Assembly: GCA_035632615.1 (NCBI GenBank)
Contig: DASQGM010000022.1
Span: forward strand, 1-42,102
Source: a bacterium
GTDB lineage: Bacteria > Sysuimicrobiota > Sysuimicrobiia > Sysuimicrobiales > Segetimicrobiaceae
DNA length: 42,102 nt
Direction: 5' to 3'
Under the pieces are notes generated by a model. It was given only the letters and a program-made list of their open reading frames with translations. It made no database searches and was not told where the DNA came from. Shown in pieces: positions 26,184-35,855 of this stretch (position 1 is its first letter; each line of letters begins with the position of its first letter). The position numbers and the translations under genes were made by a program.

Positions 26184-27125
26184 TCACGCGGGACGCACGT
26201 TCACCTGGTCGGCCCCCGCCGCGCTCCTTCGCCCGTCGACGCCCCGCGACCGCGAACCCTTCAGCCTGCGCCTGTGCGGATCGAGCGCATCGGCCAGTCC
26301 GTCCCCCAGGTAGTTGAACGCGAGGGCCGTCAGGAGGATCATCAGCCCCGGAAGCGTCGAAAGCCACGGGGCGACGCTCAGCACGTCCTTCGCGTCTCGC
26401 ACCATCGCCCCCCAGTCGGCGGTCGGCGGTTGCACACCCAGCCCGAGAAAACTCAGGCCGGACGACAAGACCATCATCATCCCGACCAGGGTCGTGCTGT
26501 AGGCCATGACCGGGGGAAACGCGTTCGGCACGATATGTCGCGTCAGGATCGCCGGCGTCGAGGCTCCGAGCGACTGGCTCGCTTCGATATACGGCAGCAC
26601 CTTGATCCCGCGTACGGAGTCATGCACCACCCGCGTGATGTACGGGATCAGCACGATCCCGATCGCCAGCATCTGGTTCCGCTCGTTCGGACCAAGGGCC
26701 CCCGCGATGGCGATCGCCAGCAGCGCGCTGGGAAACGCAAACAGGACGTCCATGCTCCGCATGATCACGGTTTCCGCGAACCCGCCGACGTATGCCGCCG
26801 TCGACCCCAGCGCGAGACTGAGCAACGTCGCGGCCGCCGTAGGCAGGACGCCGGAGAGCAATGAGATTCGCCCGCCCCACAACAGCCGCACCAGCACGTC
26901 GCGCTGCTGGCTGTCGATGCCGAGGAGATGGCCGGGAGTCAGGGGCGGTGCCAGTCGGGGACCGTCCACCGGAGCCGTCGGATCGTAGGGCGAGAAGAGC
27001 GGGACCGCCACGCTGACGAACACGACCGCGGCGATGAACACCAACCCAGCGAGCGCCGGTCGATCGGCGACGACGGCCCGGCAGATGAGCTTCCACTGGG
27101 ATGGGTGCCTCGGCTCCTTGCGCAT
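26184..27125 (-). CDS. ABC transporter permease, DppC/OppC-like
   Basis: Trimmed to ATG 27123-27125 (MRKEPRHPSQWKLI...), which has GAGGTGG upstream. Motifs PYIEASQSLGASTPAILTRHIVPNAFPPVMA and C-terminal NYLGDGLADALDP. Confidence 0.85.
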   Translation of the reverse strand: MRKEPRHPSQWKLICRAVVADRPALAGLVFIAAVVFVSVAVPLFSPYDPTAPVDGPRLAPPLTPGHLLGIDSQQRDVLVRLLWGGRISLLSGVLPTAAATLLSLALGSTAAYVGGFAETVIMRSMDVLFAFPSALLAIAIAGALGPNERNQMLAIGIVLIPYITRVVHDSVRGIKVLPYIEASQSLGASTPAILTRHIVPNAFPPVMAYSTTLVGMMMVLSSGLSFLGLGVQPPTADWGAMVRDAKDVLSVAPWLSTLPGLMILLTALAFNYLGDGLADALDPHRRRLKGSRSRGVDGRRSAAGADQVNVRPA

Positions 27126-27200
27126 GATCGCCCACCTCGCGTGGGGGTGAGGTCCGCAGCCGTGCGTCATCCGCCGCGGGCCGCCGTGCCGCCTCGGTCG

Positions 27201-28730
27201 CTAGCGTGAGAGGTGCACGGTGTACGCCCCGGTCTGCTCGAAGGCGTGTCCCGCCCGAAGCAGTTTGGACTCCGCCCACGCGGGCCCCACAAGCGTCATC
27301 CCGATAGGCAGGCCGGCGGACTTGGCACACGGGATCGTGAGCGCCGGATGCCCGGTCACGTTGAACGGGCACGTGTTGTGGTTGATCCCGAGCCCGCTCA
27401 TCAAGAACTCCTCTGGCGTAAGCTCCGGCTCGACCGGCAGGGGAATCGCCTTCATCGGCAGCGTCGGGAGCAGCAGGAGGTCGACGTCCCGGAAGGCTTC
27501 CTCGTACGCGCGCGTCAGCACGCGACCCAGGTTCTGCGCCTTCGCGTAGTAGCGCCCGTGATACTGCTGCCGCATGTGCCGGGCCATCAGCATGACGAAC
27601 TTCACCGTCTCCGGCAGGCTGTCCGCCTCGCACAGGCGACCCCGAGCAAACGCCTCGAGCAGCGACACATTGTACTGCCCTTTCCAGTTCGTCCCCATCG
27701 CGTTGCCGTCCACCATCAGCGCGGCGGCGCCCTCGATGGCGATGCAGTTCCAGATGTCAAACCCGTCCCGATGCATCGGAACAGACACGCTCCGCACGGT
27801 CGCGCCCAAGCCGGCGAAGGTGGCGGCCGCCGCGCGCACCGCGTCGTCGACGTCAGACTCCGAACGATTCGGCCAGCCGAACCCCTCTTCGAGCACCCCG
27901 ATCCGCAAGCCCCGGACGTCGCGGGAGAGGGCCGCAGTGTACTTCTCCGTCCGCACGTCGCGTTGCCGGGGATCGAGGCCATCGGACCCCGCGAGCACCT
28001 CCAGCAGCAGCGCGACGTCGGCAACCGTGGCGGCCATCGGGCCGATGTGATCCAGCGTGTGCTCGATCGGGAAGATGCCCGTGTAGGGGACGAGCCCGTA
28101 GGTGGGCTTCAGGCCGTAGACCCCGGTCCAGGCGCAGGGGTGGGCGATCGATCCCCCTTGGTCGCCGCCGATTGCCATGTCACACTCGTCCATCACAAGG
28201 AGCACCGCGCTGCCCGTGGACGAGCCCCCAACCGAGCGGGACGGATCGTGGGGATTCGGCACCGGGCCGGTATCGGAGGTGAAGCTGCTCCCCGAGAAAC
28301 AGAGGTTTTCGCAGGTGGACTTGCCGACGATCTCACCGCCGGCGTCCAAGATCCTGGTCACGATCGTTGCATCGACCTCGGGCACGTACCCTTCGAGAAT
28401 CGAGGACCCGTTCATCATGGGGACGCCGGCCACACACACATTGTCTTTGATCGCCACCCGCTTCCCACGCAAGAGACCCTCGGGTGCCCCCTTGATGGAA
28501 CACTTCCAGTACCACGCGTTGTAGGGGTTGTCCTCGGGCCGCGGACGGTAGCCCGGTGCGCGGGGGTACGCAATCGGCGGAACCGGATCGACGAGCCGGT
28601 CGACGCGCCGGTAGGACTCCAGCGATTGCGCCACCAACCGACGAAACGATTCCAGCTCCGCTTCGCTCATGTGCAGACCGTGATCCGTCGCGATCGCTCG
28701 CAGCTGCTCGATCGTGGGACACCGTAGCAT
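27201..28730 (-). CDS. Amidase-signature (AS) family amidase
   Basis: 509 aa. Lys-Ser-Ser triad contexts VAIKDNVCVAG, GGSSTGSA, GGDQGGSIAHP. GAAGGAG upstream of the ATG. Confidence 0.9.
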   Translation of the reverse strand: MLRCPTIEQLRAIATDHGLHMSEAELESFRRLVAQSLESYRRVDRLVDPVPPIAYPRAPGYRPRPEDNPYNAWYWKCSIKGAPEGLLRGKRVAIKDNVCVAGVPMMNGSSILEGYVPEVDATIVTRILDAGGEIVGKSTCENLCFSGSSFTSDTGPVPNPHDPSRSVGGSSTGSAVLLVMDECDMAIGGDQGGSIAHPCAWTGVYGLKPTYGLVPYTGIFPIEHTLDHIGPMAATVADVALLLEVLAGSDGLDPRQRDVRTEKYTAALSRDVRGLRIGVLEEGFGWPNRSESDVDDAVRAAAATFAGLGATVRSVSVPMHRDGFDIWNCIAIEGAAALMVDGNAMGTNWKGQYNVSLLEAFARGRLCEADSLPETVKFVMLMARHMRQQYHGRYYAKAQNLGRVLTRAYEEAFRDVDLLLLPTLPMKAIPLPVEPELTPEEFLMSGLGINHNTCPFNVTGHPALTIPCAKSAGLPIGMTLVGPAWAESKLLRAGHAFEQTGAYTVHLSR

Positions 28731-28850
28731 GAGCTGACTCCTTCAGTGAAGCATGGCCCGACGGGCGTTGATGTTGCTGTCCCTGTGCCGCACACTTCAA
28801 CCCAATTCCAAGCACGAACCGAACCTGTCGCCGCCGCCTCGACGTCCGGG

Positions 28851-29801
28851 CTAGGTCGAGCGGAGCCGCGGGTTGGCCACCATCACCAGCAGATCAACGA
28901 CGAGGTTGATCGTCACGAACGCGGTGGCGATGAAGAGCACGGCGCCCTGGACGACGGCCAGATCGCGGGCGGTCACCGCGAGATAGAGCTGAAGTCCCAG
29001 GCCGGGCCACGCGAACACCACCTCGCTGAAGATGGCGCCGCCCATGAGATATCCGAGCTGCAGTCCCGAAATGGTAATCACCGGCGGAAGCGCCGCCCGG
29101 AAGATGTGGCGCCAGAACACGACCCAGCGCAGCAACCCCTTAGCGTATGCGACTTTCACGAAATCCTGCTGGCGCGTATCGATGATGCTCGAACGCACCT
29201 GTCGCAGGATAATCGCCCCCGGCGCGGCCGCGGTGGTGACAGCGGGCAGCACCAGGTGGCGGAGGAGGTCGGGTAATCCCCCGGGGCTGCGCAGATCATG
29301 GATGCCCGCAGACGGGAAGGTGCCAAGCGCGACCGAAAACACGAACACGAGTACCAATCCGAGCCAAAACGGCGGCGCGTTCCCGACGAGCACGCCCAGC
29401 CCGACGCTCGCCCGGTCGACCCACGAGTACGAACGCGCCGCGGCGACAACGCCCCCGACCACTCCGAGCAACGCCGCGAGCAGAAAACTGGTGACGCCGA
29501 GGATGAGGGTGTTGGTGATCTTCGGCACGAGAACGTCGACCGCAGGTCGACCGAGGTTCCAGGAGTACCCGAAGTCACCGTGCACCACGCGCCAGACCCA
29601 TCGCACGTACTGCACGTAAATCGGCTGATCGAGCCCGAGCGTGCGGCGAATCTCCGCGATTCCTTCCGGGGTCCCCTGCGGGCCCAGCAGCGCTTCCGCC
29701 TGATCACCAGGCACGAGCTTCATGGTTAGAAAAACCACCACCGTCACGCCGAGCAATACCGGCACGGCGTGGAGGAGGCGGCGGACCACGTAGGCGACCA
29801 A
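28851..29801 (-). CDS. ABC transporter permease, DppB/OppB-like
   Basis: 316 aa. N-terminus VAYVVRRLLHAVPVLLGVTVVVF. QDFVKVAYAKGLLRWVVFWRHIFRAALPPVIT. C-terminal VDLLVMVANPRLR. TTG start. Confidence 0.9.
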   Translation of the reverse strand: MVAYVVRRLLHAVPVLLGVTVVVFLTMKLVPGDQAEALLGPQGTPEGIAEIRRTLGLDQPIYVQYVRWVWRVVHGDFGYSWNLGRPAVDVLVPKITNTLILGVTSFLLAALLGVVGGVVAAARSYSWVDRASVGLGVLVGNAPPFWLGLVLVFVFSVALGTFPSAGIHDLRSPGGLPDLLRHLVLPAVTTAAAPGAIILRQVRSSIIDTRQQDFVKVAYAKGLLRWVVFWRHIFRAALPPVITISGLQLGYLMGGAIFSEVVFAWPGLGLQLYLAVTARDLAVVQGAVLFIATAFVTINLVVDLLVMVANPRLRST

Positions 29802-29996
29802 CTTGTGCCCCCGAGATCGGACTCATCGTCACACGCGTGGTGGCTTTCGCGGTACCGCAAAGTGAGACCTGCCGTGATCCACCGCCAGCGGGATGCAGCG
29901 GCAGCCAGGATGACTGCAAATGTGGCACCGCGATGGCGCGTCGCCCGCGGCCGGTCGGACGCTTGCGACGGCGGCCCCGACGCTGGTGGCAGGACG

Positions 29997-30563
29997 CTAG
30001 TCCGCGGGCCGCCGCGCGAGAGCACCGGCCGTCGCGAAGCGGTGGATCCCCTCGGGCCTGTCTCCCTCCGCGTACGCGACGATCTCCCAGCCGCCCAACA
30101 ACTGCCTGAGCTCGCCCGGCCGGAGGGCGTAGCGTCCGCCGGCCGGGTCGTCCGGGGTCCGGACGTGCGTCTCGAGGTACAGGTGACCTCCCGGCCGCAG
30201 CCATCGTCGCAGCCGCGGCAGGAGGCGGCGGTTCAAAAAGAACGTCTGGACGACCAGGTCGTAGGAGTCGGCGCGAACGGCAAAGTCATCCAGATCCGCG
30301 GCGATCAGGTTCACGTGGACGCCAGCCTGCTCGGCGCGTCGCCTCAGCTCGGCCAGCCCCTCGAGCGAGATGTCGACCGCGTCCACGGTCCAGCCGTGGC
30401 GGGCGAGCAGGATCGCGTGCCGCCCCAGCCCTGCGCCGACGTCAAGCGCCCGGCCGGGAATGAGCCGACGCACCCACGATGCAAGCAGCGGGACCGGATC
30501 CGCATCGTGCCGGGGATCGTGCGACGCATACCGGGCATCCCACTTCGCGCGGTCACCTTTCAC
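29997..30563 (-). CDS. Class I SAM-dependent methyltransferase (TehB-like size)
   Basis: 188 aa. Motif I ALDVGAGLGRHAILLARHG, acidic loop VDAVDIS, motif LRPGGHLYL. GTG start. Confidence 0.8.
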   Translation of the reverse strand: MKGDRAKWDARYASHDPRHDADPVPLLASWVRRLIPGRALDVGAGLGRHAILLARHGWTVDAVDISLEGLAELRRRAEQAGVHVNLIAADLDDFAVRADSYDLVVQTFFLNRRLLPRLRRWLRPGGHLYLETHVRTPDDPAGGRYALRPGELRQLLGGWEIVAYAEGDRPEGIHRFATAGALARRPAD

Positions 30564-30623
30564 GCTGCCGGTTTCGCCCGCGGGGACGCCGGGGTCCTTC
30601 CCCGAACCCGGCGGCGGTGAAGA

Positions 30624-31847
30624 TCAGCGGTCCCGGCGGCGCCGGAGATGCTGGGTCACGCTCGCCGTGATGGGAATCGTCGCGAGGATGGTGCCCCCAC
30701 CGAGGAAGAACGCCCACGCGAGCCCCGACGCCGTGATCACGAAGCCCAGCACCATCGGGCTTGTAATCGACGCAACACGCTGCACGCCCTGGCGAATCCC
30801 GAACGCCACCCCCCAGAACTCCGCGGCGACCGACTCCGCCATGAGGCTCATGCTCAACGGCTGTGTGATGCCCAAGCCGGCGCCCATCAACCCCGAGAGG
30901 AGGACGAGCGGCCAGAACCGGTGGAACAGCGGCGTCATCCCGAGCGCGACGGCGACCAGCGCGGTCGCGCCGAGCAGCAACCAACGGTAGCCGAGCCATT
31001 CCACCGCGCGCGTCAACACCGAACGGACCAGCATCGAACTGAGGCTGATCGCGGCGATGACGAACCCGATGAGGATTGTGGAGAGCCCGACTCGGTGCAG
31101 GTAGATCGGATAGAACGCCTGCTGCAGCTGCTGCGCCCACACCATCATGAACGAGATGAACAACACACCGCCGACGCCCCGTTGGCGGACGATCGTCCCG
31201 ACGAGCCGGTGCGCGGTGGCAAACGACACATGCCGCGAGGCTGGCGGGACGAAGCGCATCGACACGGTCGCCCAAAACGACGGCACCATCAAGATCCACA
31301 CCAACGCGAACGCGGCGCGATAGCCGACGTGGCCGGCGACGTACCCGCCGAGCACGGGGCCGACCACGGCCCCAGCAGAGTTCCACAGCGAATAGTAGCC
31401 GTAGTTCCGGACCCGGGTGGCCGGCGTGCTCGCCGCGGCGACGATCGCCTGGGGCGCGATTGCAAACCCGATGTTGCCAACGGACATAAGCGTGTACGCG
31501 ACGGCCACCGCCCACACCGGGTGCAGCGTCGCCAGCACCACTCCGGCCAGCCCGAACAGCAGGACGGAGGCCTGTGCGACGAGCACGGGGCCGCGCTGGT
31601 CCGCGAGGGCGCCGGCGTGGAGCGAGACGAGGAGCGGCAGAATCCCGGAGCACCCGATGATGACGCCGACCACGTTGATGGAGGCGCCCTGCGAGATGAG
31701 GTACAGGGGGATAAACGGCGCCGCGGCGTACCACGCAGCGTTCGACAGGATCTGCAGCGCGTTGTTGGAACGCAGAAGCGATTGCGGGTCCGTGACCGTC
31801 GTCCCGGCGTCGCGGCCGGGGCGCACCACCTCCGCGTCTGGTGTTCC
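30624..31847 (-). CDS. MFS transporter
   Basis: Hydrophobic 12-TM-like sequence with the MFS loop GALADQRGP. The first ~45 aa of track ORF (to 31982) look non-coding (Arg/Gly-rich, lower third-position GC). Start uncertain: TTG 31847 (GAGGG 5 nt upstream) or GTG 31829/31826. Confidence 0.75.
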   Translation of the reverse strand, partial: GTPDAEVVRPGRDAGTTVTDPQSLLRSNNALQILSNAAWYAAAPFIPLYLISQGASINVVGVIIGCSGILPLLVSLHAGALADQRGPVLVAQASVLLFGLAGVVLATLHPVWAVAVAYTLMSVGNIGFAIAPQAIVAAASTPATRVRNYGYYSLWNSAGAVVGPVLGGYVAGHVGYRAAFALVWILMVPSFWATVSMRFVPPASRHVSFATAHRLVGTIVRQRGVGGVLFISFMMVWAQQLQQAFYPIYLHRVGLSTILIGFVIAAISLSSMLVRSVLTRAVEWLGYRWLLLGATALVAVALGMTPLFHRFWPLVLLSGLMGAGLGITQPLSMSLMAESVAAEFWGVAFGIRQGVQRVASITSPMVLGFVITASGLAWAFFLGGGTILATIPITASVTQHLRRRRDR

Positions 31848-32019
31848 CAACTCGGCCCTCGGGCCTCCCCCGCGATCGACGTGCCCAACCCCATATCGCC
31901 TTTCTTCGGCGTCACCCGCGGCACCTTGCCGGAGGCAGCGACCGTGCGGAGACAAGGATCGCGCAACGACGTCGGAAAACACGGCGGTCTCGCCCGACTA
32001 CGCGGGCGTGGTGCACCTC

Positions 32020-32057
32020 CGAAAACGACGCAGGGTCGGGCGACGGCCCGGCCCTGC
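32020..32057 (-). terminator. Probable intrinsic terminator downstream of the YceI-like gene
   Basis: Minus strand reads CGCAGGGCCGGGCCGTCGCCCGACCCTGCG followed by TCGTTTTCGG. This is a GC-rich stem (one C/A mismatch), a 4-nt loop and a short U-tract, starting ~34 nt after the stop at 32091. Confidence 0.5.
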
Positions 32058-32090
32058 GTGAGATGCCCGTTCGACGGACGTGCCGGCGCC

Positions 32091-32804
32091 CTAGCCTTCG
32101 GGCGGTTGCGCCGTGAACTGCAGCTCGATCTGCGCCTGGTTCTCGGCCTTCAGCACGCCGAGGATCGACGGCGGGTCGAATCCGAAGTCGGTCATCAAAA
32201 TCGACGTTTGCACGCTGCCGGTAAGTGTGTGTCCCGTGAGCTTGACCGTGCCCGTGAACGTCTCCGGCTTGGTCACGTCGCGCACGCGGAGGGTGCCCAG
32301 AATCTGCACGGGGACCTCCTGCCCCTCCGTGTACGACGCGGGCAGGCCGCGGATCGCCGCGGGTGTGAACACGGCGGTCGGGTACTTGGAGGATTCCAAC
32401 CACTCGCTCCGGATCGCCTCGTCGCGCCGGCCCCTGTCCGATTGGAAGGTGCTGATGTCTACCGTGATCGCCCCGATGCGACTGTTCGACGGGTGCGCGC
32501 GGTCGACGTAGACGTCGCCGCGGACCGCGTGCGTCGTGCCGACGGCCAGGTTGACACGGTTCCCGGTGACGAACGTCTCGCCGACGCGGTACGTCACGGT
32601 GGACGAAGGTTGCACAATCGTGAGCCGCTCAATGCCGGCTGGAGTCGCCCCAGCCGGTGCCGTCGCCGCTGACGTAGGGAGCACGCCCGACGCGCCACCG
32701 AGCCACGCCGTCACGACAAGCGCCGCGGCCCCCGCCGCCGCGATCCGGCCGACGGCCGCGCTCCGGCGGCACCGTCCATCACCATCTCTCAACATGACCA
32801 GCAT
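32091..32804 (-). CDS. YceI-family (polyisoprenoid/lipid-binding) secreted protein
   Basis: 237 aa. Signal-like AAGAAALVVTAWLGGASG. YceI-type body STVTYRVGETF..., FQSDRGRRDEAIRSEWLESSKYPTAVF, GTLRVRDVTKPETF. AAGGAGGG upstream of the ATG. Confidence 0.85.
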   Translation of the reverse strand: MLVMLRDGDGRCRRSAAVGRIAAAGAAALVVTAWLGGASGVLPTSAATAPAGATPAGIERLTIVQPSSTVTYRVGETFVTGNRVNLAVGTTHAVRGDVYVDRAHPSNSRIGAITVDISTFQSDRGRRDEAIRSEWLESSKYPTAVFTPAAIRGLPASYTEGQEVPVQILGTLRVRDVTKPETFTGTVKLTGHTLTGSVQTSILMTDFGFDPPSILGVLKAENQAQIELQFTAQPPEG

Positions 32805-33081
32805 GCCCTCCTTTGAAGCCCCGCCGCGGAAGACCTACGCGCGTGGCCGTGCGCTCCACCGTAGCGGGCCGGTGTCACGGTCCTATGAATGGACGTCACC
32901 GTGCATCGCGCGGACGTCTTCGCGGTCTGTGCCGCAGGGTGTCACCCTATTCTCCCCAGCGGCAGGGCGTGTATCTCGTGGGACGACGGTGCCGGACACA
33001 CGCCCGCCGCCCCGCACATGGAGTAGCGAGGGAATGCGCACGTTTGTTCCCGAACCCCGGCGCGACGTGTCCCGCGCAAGG

Positions 33082-33131
33082 GACGACGAACCTGGACCAT
33101 CAAATTGCGCCCTGGTCTCGTGTTCGTCGTC
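33082..33131. repeat. Extended imperfect hairpin / inverted repeat inside a long non-coding gap
   Basis: GACGACGAAC (33082-33091) is the perfect reverse complement of GTTCGTCGTC (33122-33131). An inner GGACCA/TGGTCT pairing (one G-U) and a 13-nt A/T-richer loop lie between them. Function unknown. Confidence 0.5.
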
Positions 33132-33573
33132 GCGCCGCGATCGATGACGACACACCCCCGCCAGCCCGGGGAGACCCGGACGGAGCGGTCCGCGCACCGG
33201 CCGGCGTAGGACGGGAACTCCCCTTGGCCCGGAGATGATCACGGCAGCGGGGGCAACGCGCCGAACCGCGTCCGTCGGAGTCCCCCCAACACCGGATCGG
33301 TAGTGCCCGCGACGACCGAGCCGCCCGCGGCCCGACACGCCGCGCCCGCGCGGGCTCGACCCGGCGGCCGGACACGCATCGCGCCGGCACGCCGGCGTCT
33401 TGTGTGGCTCCACTTGGGGCGACGCGACCAGCGAGACCGCGCACGCATCCTCGACAAGGAGTTTCGCAACGGGGGGAGAATGGCCGGACAAACGCAACCT
33501 CGCGCTGCGACCACGGAGGGAAGCCGCCCTGCGCGTTTGAAACCGCGGCGTCAATCGGAGAGGAGAGCTGCGC

Positions 33574-34851
33574 ATGCGGACCAGACCGGCTCTGCGTACC
33601 GCCGTCCTGCTCGCCCTGGCTTCGATCCTGACACTGAGTGTGTCGACGTTCGCCACAGCCGCCGGCTCGCAGACCGAGATCAAGTGGATGGAGTGGTGGG
33701 TCAACGAGTGGGGCCCCGACAACTTCAACCGGCTGATCGACAACTTCCAAAAGGCCAACCCCGACATCAAGGTCACCGTCGTCGACACGCCCTACCCGCA
33801 GATGTCGGGCAAGTTGAACGCCGCCGCGGCCGCGGGCGAGAACTACGACGTGTTCGGCACCGAGGGCAGCTGGCTCCCGGGCCTGAAGAAGCTCGGGTAC
33901 GTGGAAAACCTGGATCCGTGGCTCGCGAAGAGCAAAGCGTTCGCCGACACGCTGCTGCCGACGACGCTGCGCAAGATCAACGGCGACACGCTCTCGTTTT
34001 GCCTGTACCTGATCCCGTATCAGTTTGCCTACAACGTGGACCAGTTCGCGGCGGCCGGGCTGAAGCCCCCGACCAACTGGAACGAGTTCATCGACGTCGA
34101 GAAGAAGCTGCACAACCAAAGCGCCGGCAAGTACGGCATGAGCATGCCGCTGTCCGACGGCGGCTTCGCGATGACGCGCTACTTCGGCTTCCGCCTGGCG
34201 CAGGAGGGCGGGCAGCTCCTCGACACGACGACGGGCAAGGTGACCTTCAACTCCCCCGCGGGCGTCGCGGCGATGACCTGGTGGAAGGACTTCTACCAGA
34301 TGGGGCTCACCGTGCCGGGATCCTTCGGCGAGGACCAGGCGCGCATGCTGGAGTACATCGCGAGCGGCCAGGTCGCGAGCATCATCGACGGCCCGTTCAT
34401 CTGGTCCAAGTCCAAGCAGATCGATCCCAAGATCAAGCTGGCGTACGCGCCGGCGTGGCGCGCCAAGACCGGCGGCTACCTGTGGAGCTGCAGCGGCGTC
34501 GGCATGAGCGCCAAATCTCCGAACAAGGAAGCGGCGTGGAAGTTCTTGCAGTACCTCTACTCCCCGGAGACGGCGGTCGCCATGACCAAGACGATCAGCC
34601 TGCCGTGGGCGACCCGCGCGGCGATGAACTCCCTCAACGGGAGCACGGATCCGATGCTCAGATACGTCCCGCAGTTTGCGAACCAGGATGCCAAGGCGAA
34701 CATCGTGCTGCCGGCGCTTCCCAACACCGGCACCCTGTTTGACCTGTTCAAGACCACGTTCCAGGACGCCGTCAGCGGCAAGAAGCCGGTGAAACAGGCG
34801 CTGGACGAAGCGGCCGCCGCCTGGCAGACGTCGATCGACCAGTCCAAGTAG
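33574..34851 (+). CDS. ABC transporter extracellular solute-binding protein, family 1 (CUT1 sugar type)
   Basis: 425 aa. Sec-type signal MRTRPALRTAVLLALASILTLSVSTFATAAG. Typical N-terminus IKWMEWWVNEWGPDNFNRLIDNFQKANPDIKV. GGAGAGGAGAG upstream. Confidence 0.9.
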   Translation: MRTRPALRTAVLLALASILTLSVSTFATAAGSQTEIKWMEWWVNEWGPDNFNRLIDNFQKANPDIKVTVVDTPYPQMSGKLNAAAAAGENYDVFGTEGSWLPGLKKLGYVENLDPWLAKSKAFADTLLPTTLRKINGDTLSFCLYLIPYQFAYNVDQFAAAGLKPPTNWNEFIDVEKKLHNQSAGKYGMSMPLSDGGFAMTRYFGFRLAQEGGQLLDTTTGKVTFNSPAGVAAMTWWKDFYQMGLTVPGSFGEDQARMLEYIASGQVASIIDGPFIWSKSKQIDPKIKLAYAPAWRAKTGGYLWSCSGVGMSAKSPNKEAAWKFLQYLYSPETAVAMTKTISLPWATRAAMNSLNGSTDPMLRYVPQFANQDAKANIVLPALPNTGTLFDLFKTTFQDAVSGKKPVKQALDEAAAAWQTSIDQSK

Positions 34852-34895
34852 CAGGGACCCGAGTGCAGAGGTGACGTCGCGACGGGTGGCACCGG

Positions 34896-35855
34896 ATGGC
34901 GAATGCCCCGTCCGTGGCACGAGCGGTCGCGCCGGCCCGACCGGCGGCGGGCACGTCCGTCGCCGGCGCGCGCCGGCGCCTGCCGCGCTACGTCACGGGG
35001 TACCTGTTCGTGGCGCCGGTCGTACTGTACCTGGTCGTCACCGCGATCTACCCGATCCTGACCGTCATCGCGATGGGGCTCCAAGATGTCACCGCGGGGC
35101 GCTGGCACTTCGTCGCCGCCGCCCACTACGGCTTCGTGCTGCACGATCCGATCTTCTGGAACGCCGTCGGGAACACGTGCATCTTCACCGTGGCGTCCGT
35201 GGTGCTGCAGCTCTCGTTCGGGCTGGCGTTCGCGCTGCTGCTGCACGAAGCCTGGTTCAGCCGCGCGGTGCGCAACACGATGCGGGGCGCGCTCATCCTC
35301 CCGTGGGTCTTTTCCACCGCGGCGGCGGCGCTGATGTGGTCGCTGCTGTACGACCCGTACGGCCTGTTCAACTATCTCGCGGTCGGCGTGCTGCACTGGG
35401 CGCGCCCGGTCGAGTTCCTCGGCGACCCCAGGATCGCGCTCGGCTCGATCATCGCCGTCAACACGTGGAAGAGCTATCCGTTCTACATGATCGCGCTGCT
35501 CGGCGCCCTCCAGACGATCCCGATGGAGCTGTACGACGCCGCGAAGGTGGACGGCGCGGGCCCGTGGCAGCGGTTTCGTTCCGTCACGCTCCCCCAGCTG
35601 CGGGGAGTGCTCGTCGCGCTCTCGACGGTCGATCTGATCACCACGTTCGGGCACGTCGACCTGGTCAACATGCTGACGCAGGGCGGGCCGGGCCGCGCGA
35701 CCGAGACCGTCGCGTTCTACGTGTACCGCACGGCCCTGCTGGACGGCAATCTCGCGAAGGGCGCCGCGACGAGCACGATCATGCTCGTGCTGCTCACGCT
35801 GATGACGCAGGCCTATCTGCGCGTCCTGGCGCGGCGGGGGGAACAGTCATGGTAG
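34896..35855 (+). CDS. ABC transporter permease, CUT1 type (MalF/UgpA-like)
   Basis: 319 aa. GYLFVAPVVLYLVVTAIYP. EAA loop ELYDAAKVDGAGPWQRFRSVTLPQLR. The start could be slightly downstream. Confidence 0.9.
   Translation: MANAPSVARAVAPARPAAGTSVAGARRRLPRYVTGYLFVAPVVLYLVVTAIYPILTVIAMGLQDVTAGRWHFVAAAHYGFVLHDPIFWNAVGNTCIFTVASVVLQLSFGLAFALLLHEAWFSRAVRNTMRGALILPWVFSTAAAALMWSLLYDPYGLFNYLAVGVLHWARPVEFLGDPRIALGSIIAVNTWKSYPFYMIALLGALQTIPMELYDAAKVDGAGPWQRFRSVTLPQLRGVLVALSTVDLITTFGHVDLVNMLTQGGPGRATETVAFYVYRTALLDGNLAKGAATSTIMLVLLTLMTQAYLRVLARRGEQSW

Noticed and set aside
32813-33238. ORFs within the 770-nt gap (32813..33238 +, 33239..33514 -, 32883..33788 -) as candidate missing regulator genes.
   Set aside because: They have extreme Arg/Pro/Gly content, no helix-turn-helix or other recognisable motif, and no Shine-Dalgarno sequence. 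I treat them as non-coding, with the pseudogene possibility left open in the findings.
33100-34920. Very long ORFs antisense to well-supported genes. Examples: 33100..34920 (-, 606 aa), 8400..9923 (+, 507 aa), 11711..13645 (+, 644 aa), 20404..21957 (-), 21480..23378 (-), 24374..26098 (+), 27213..28727 (+), 30648..32672 (+), 36676..38193 (-).
   Set aside because: All are Arg/Pro/Gly/His-rich and low-complexity with no family motifs. Each mirrors a gene on the other strand that has clear family signatures and a Shine-Dalgarno site. Long stop-free antisense frames are expected at this GC content.
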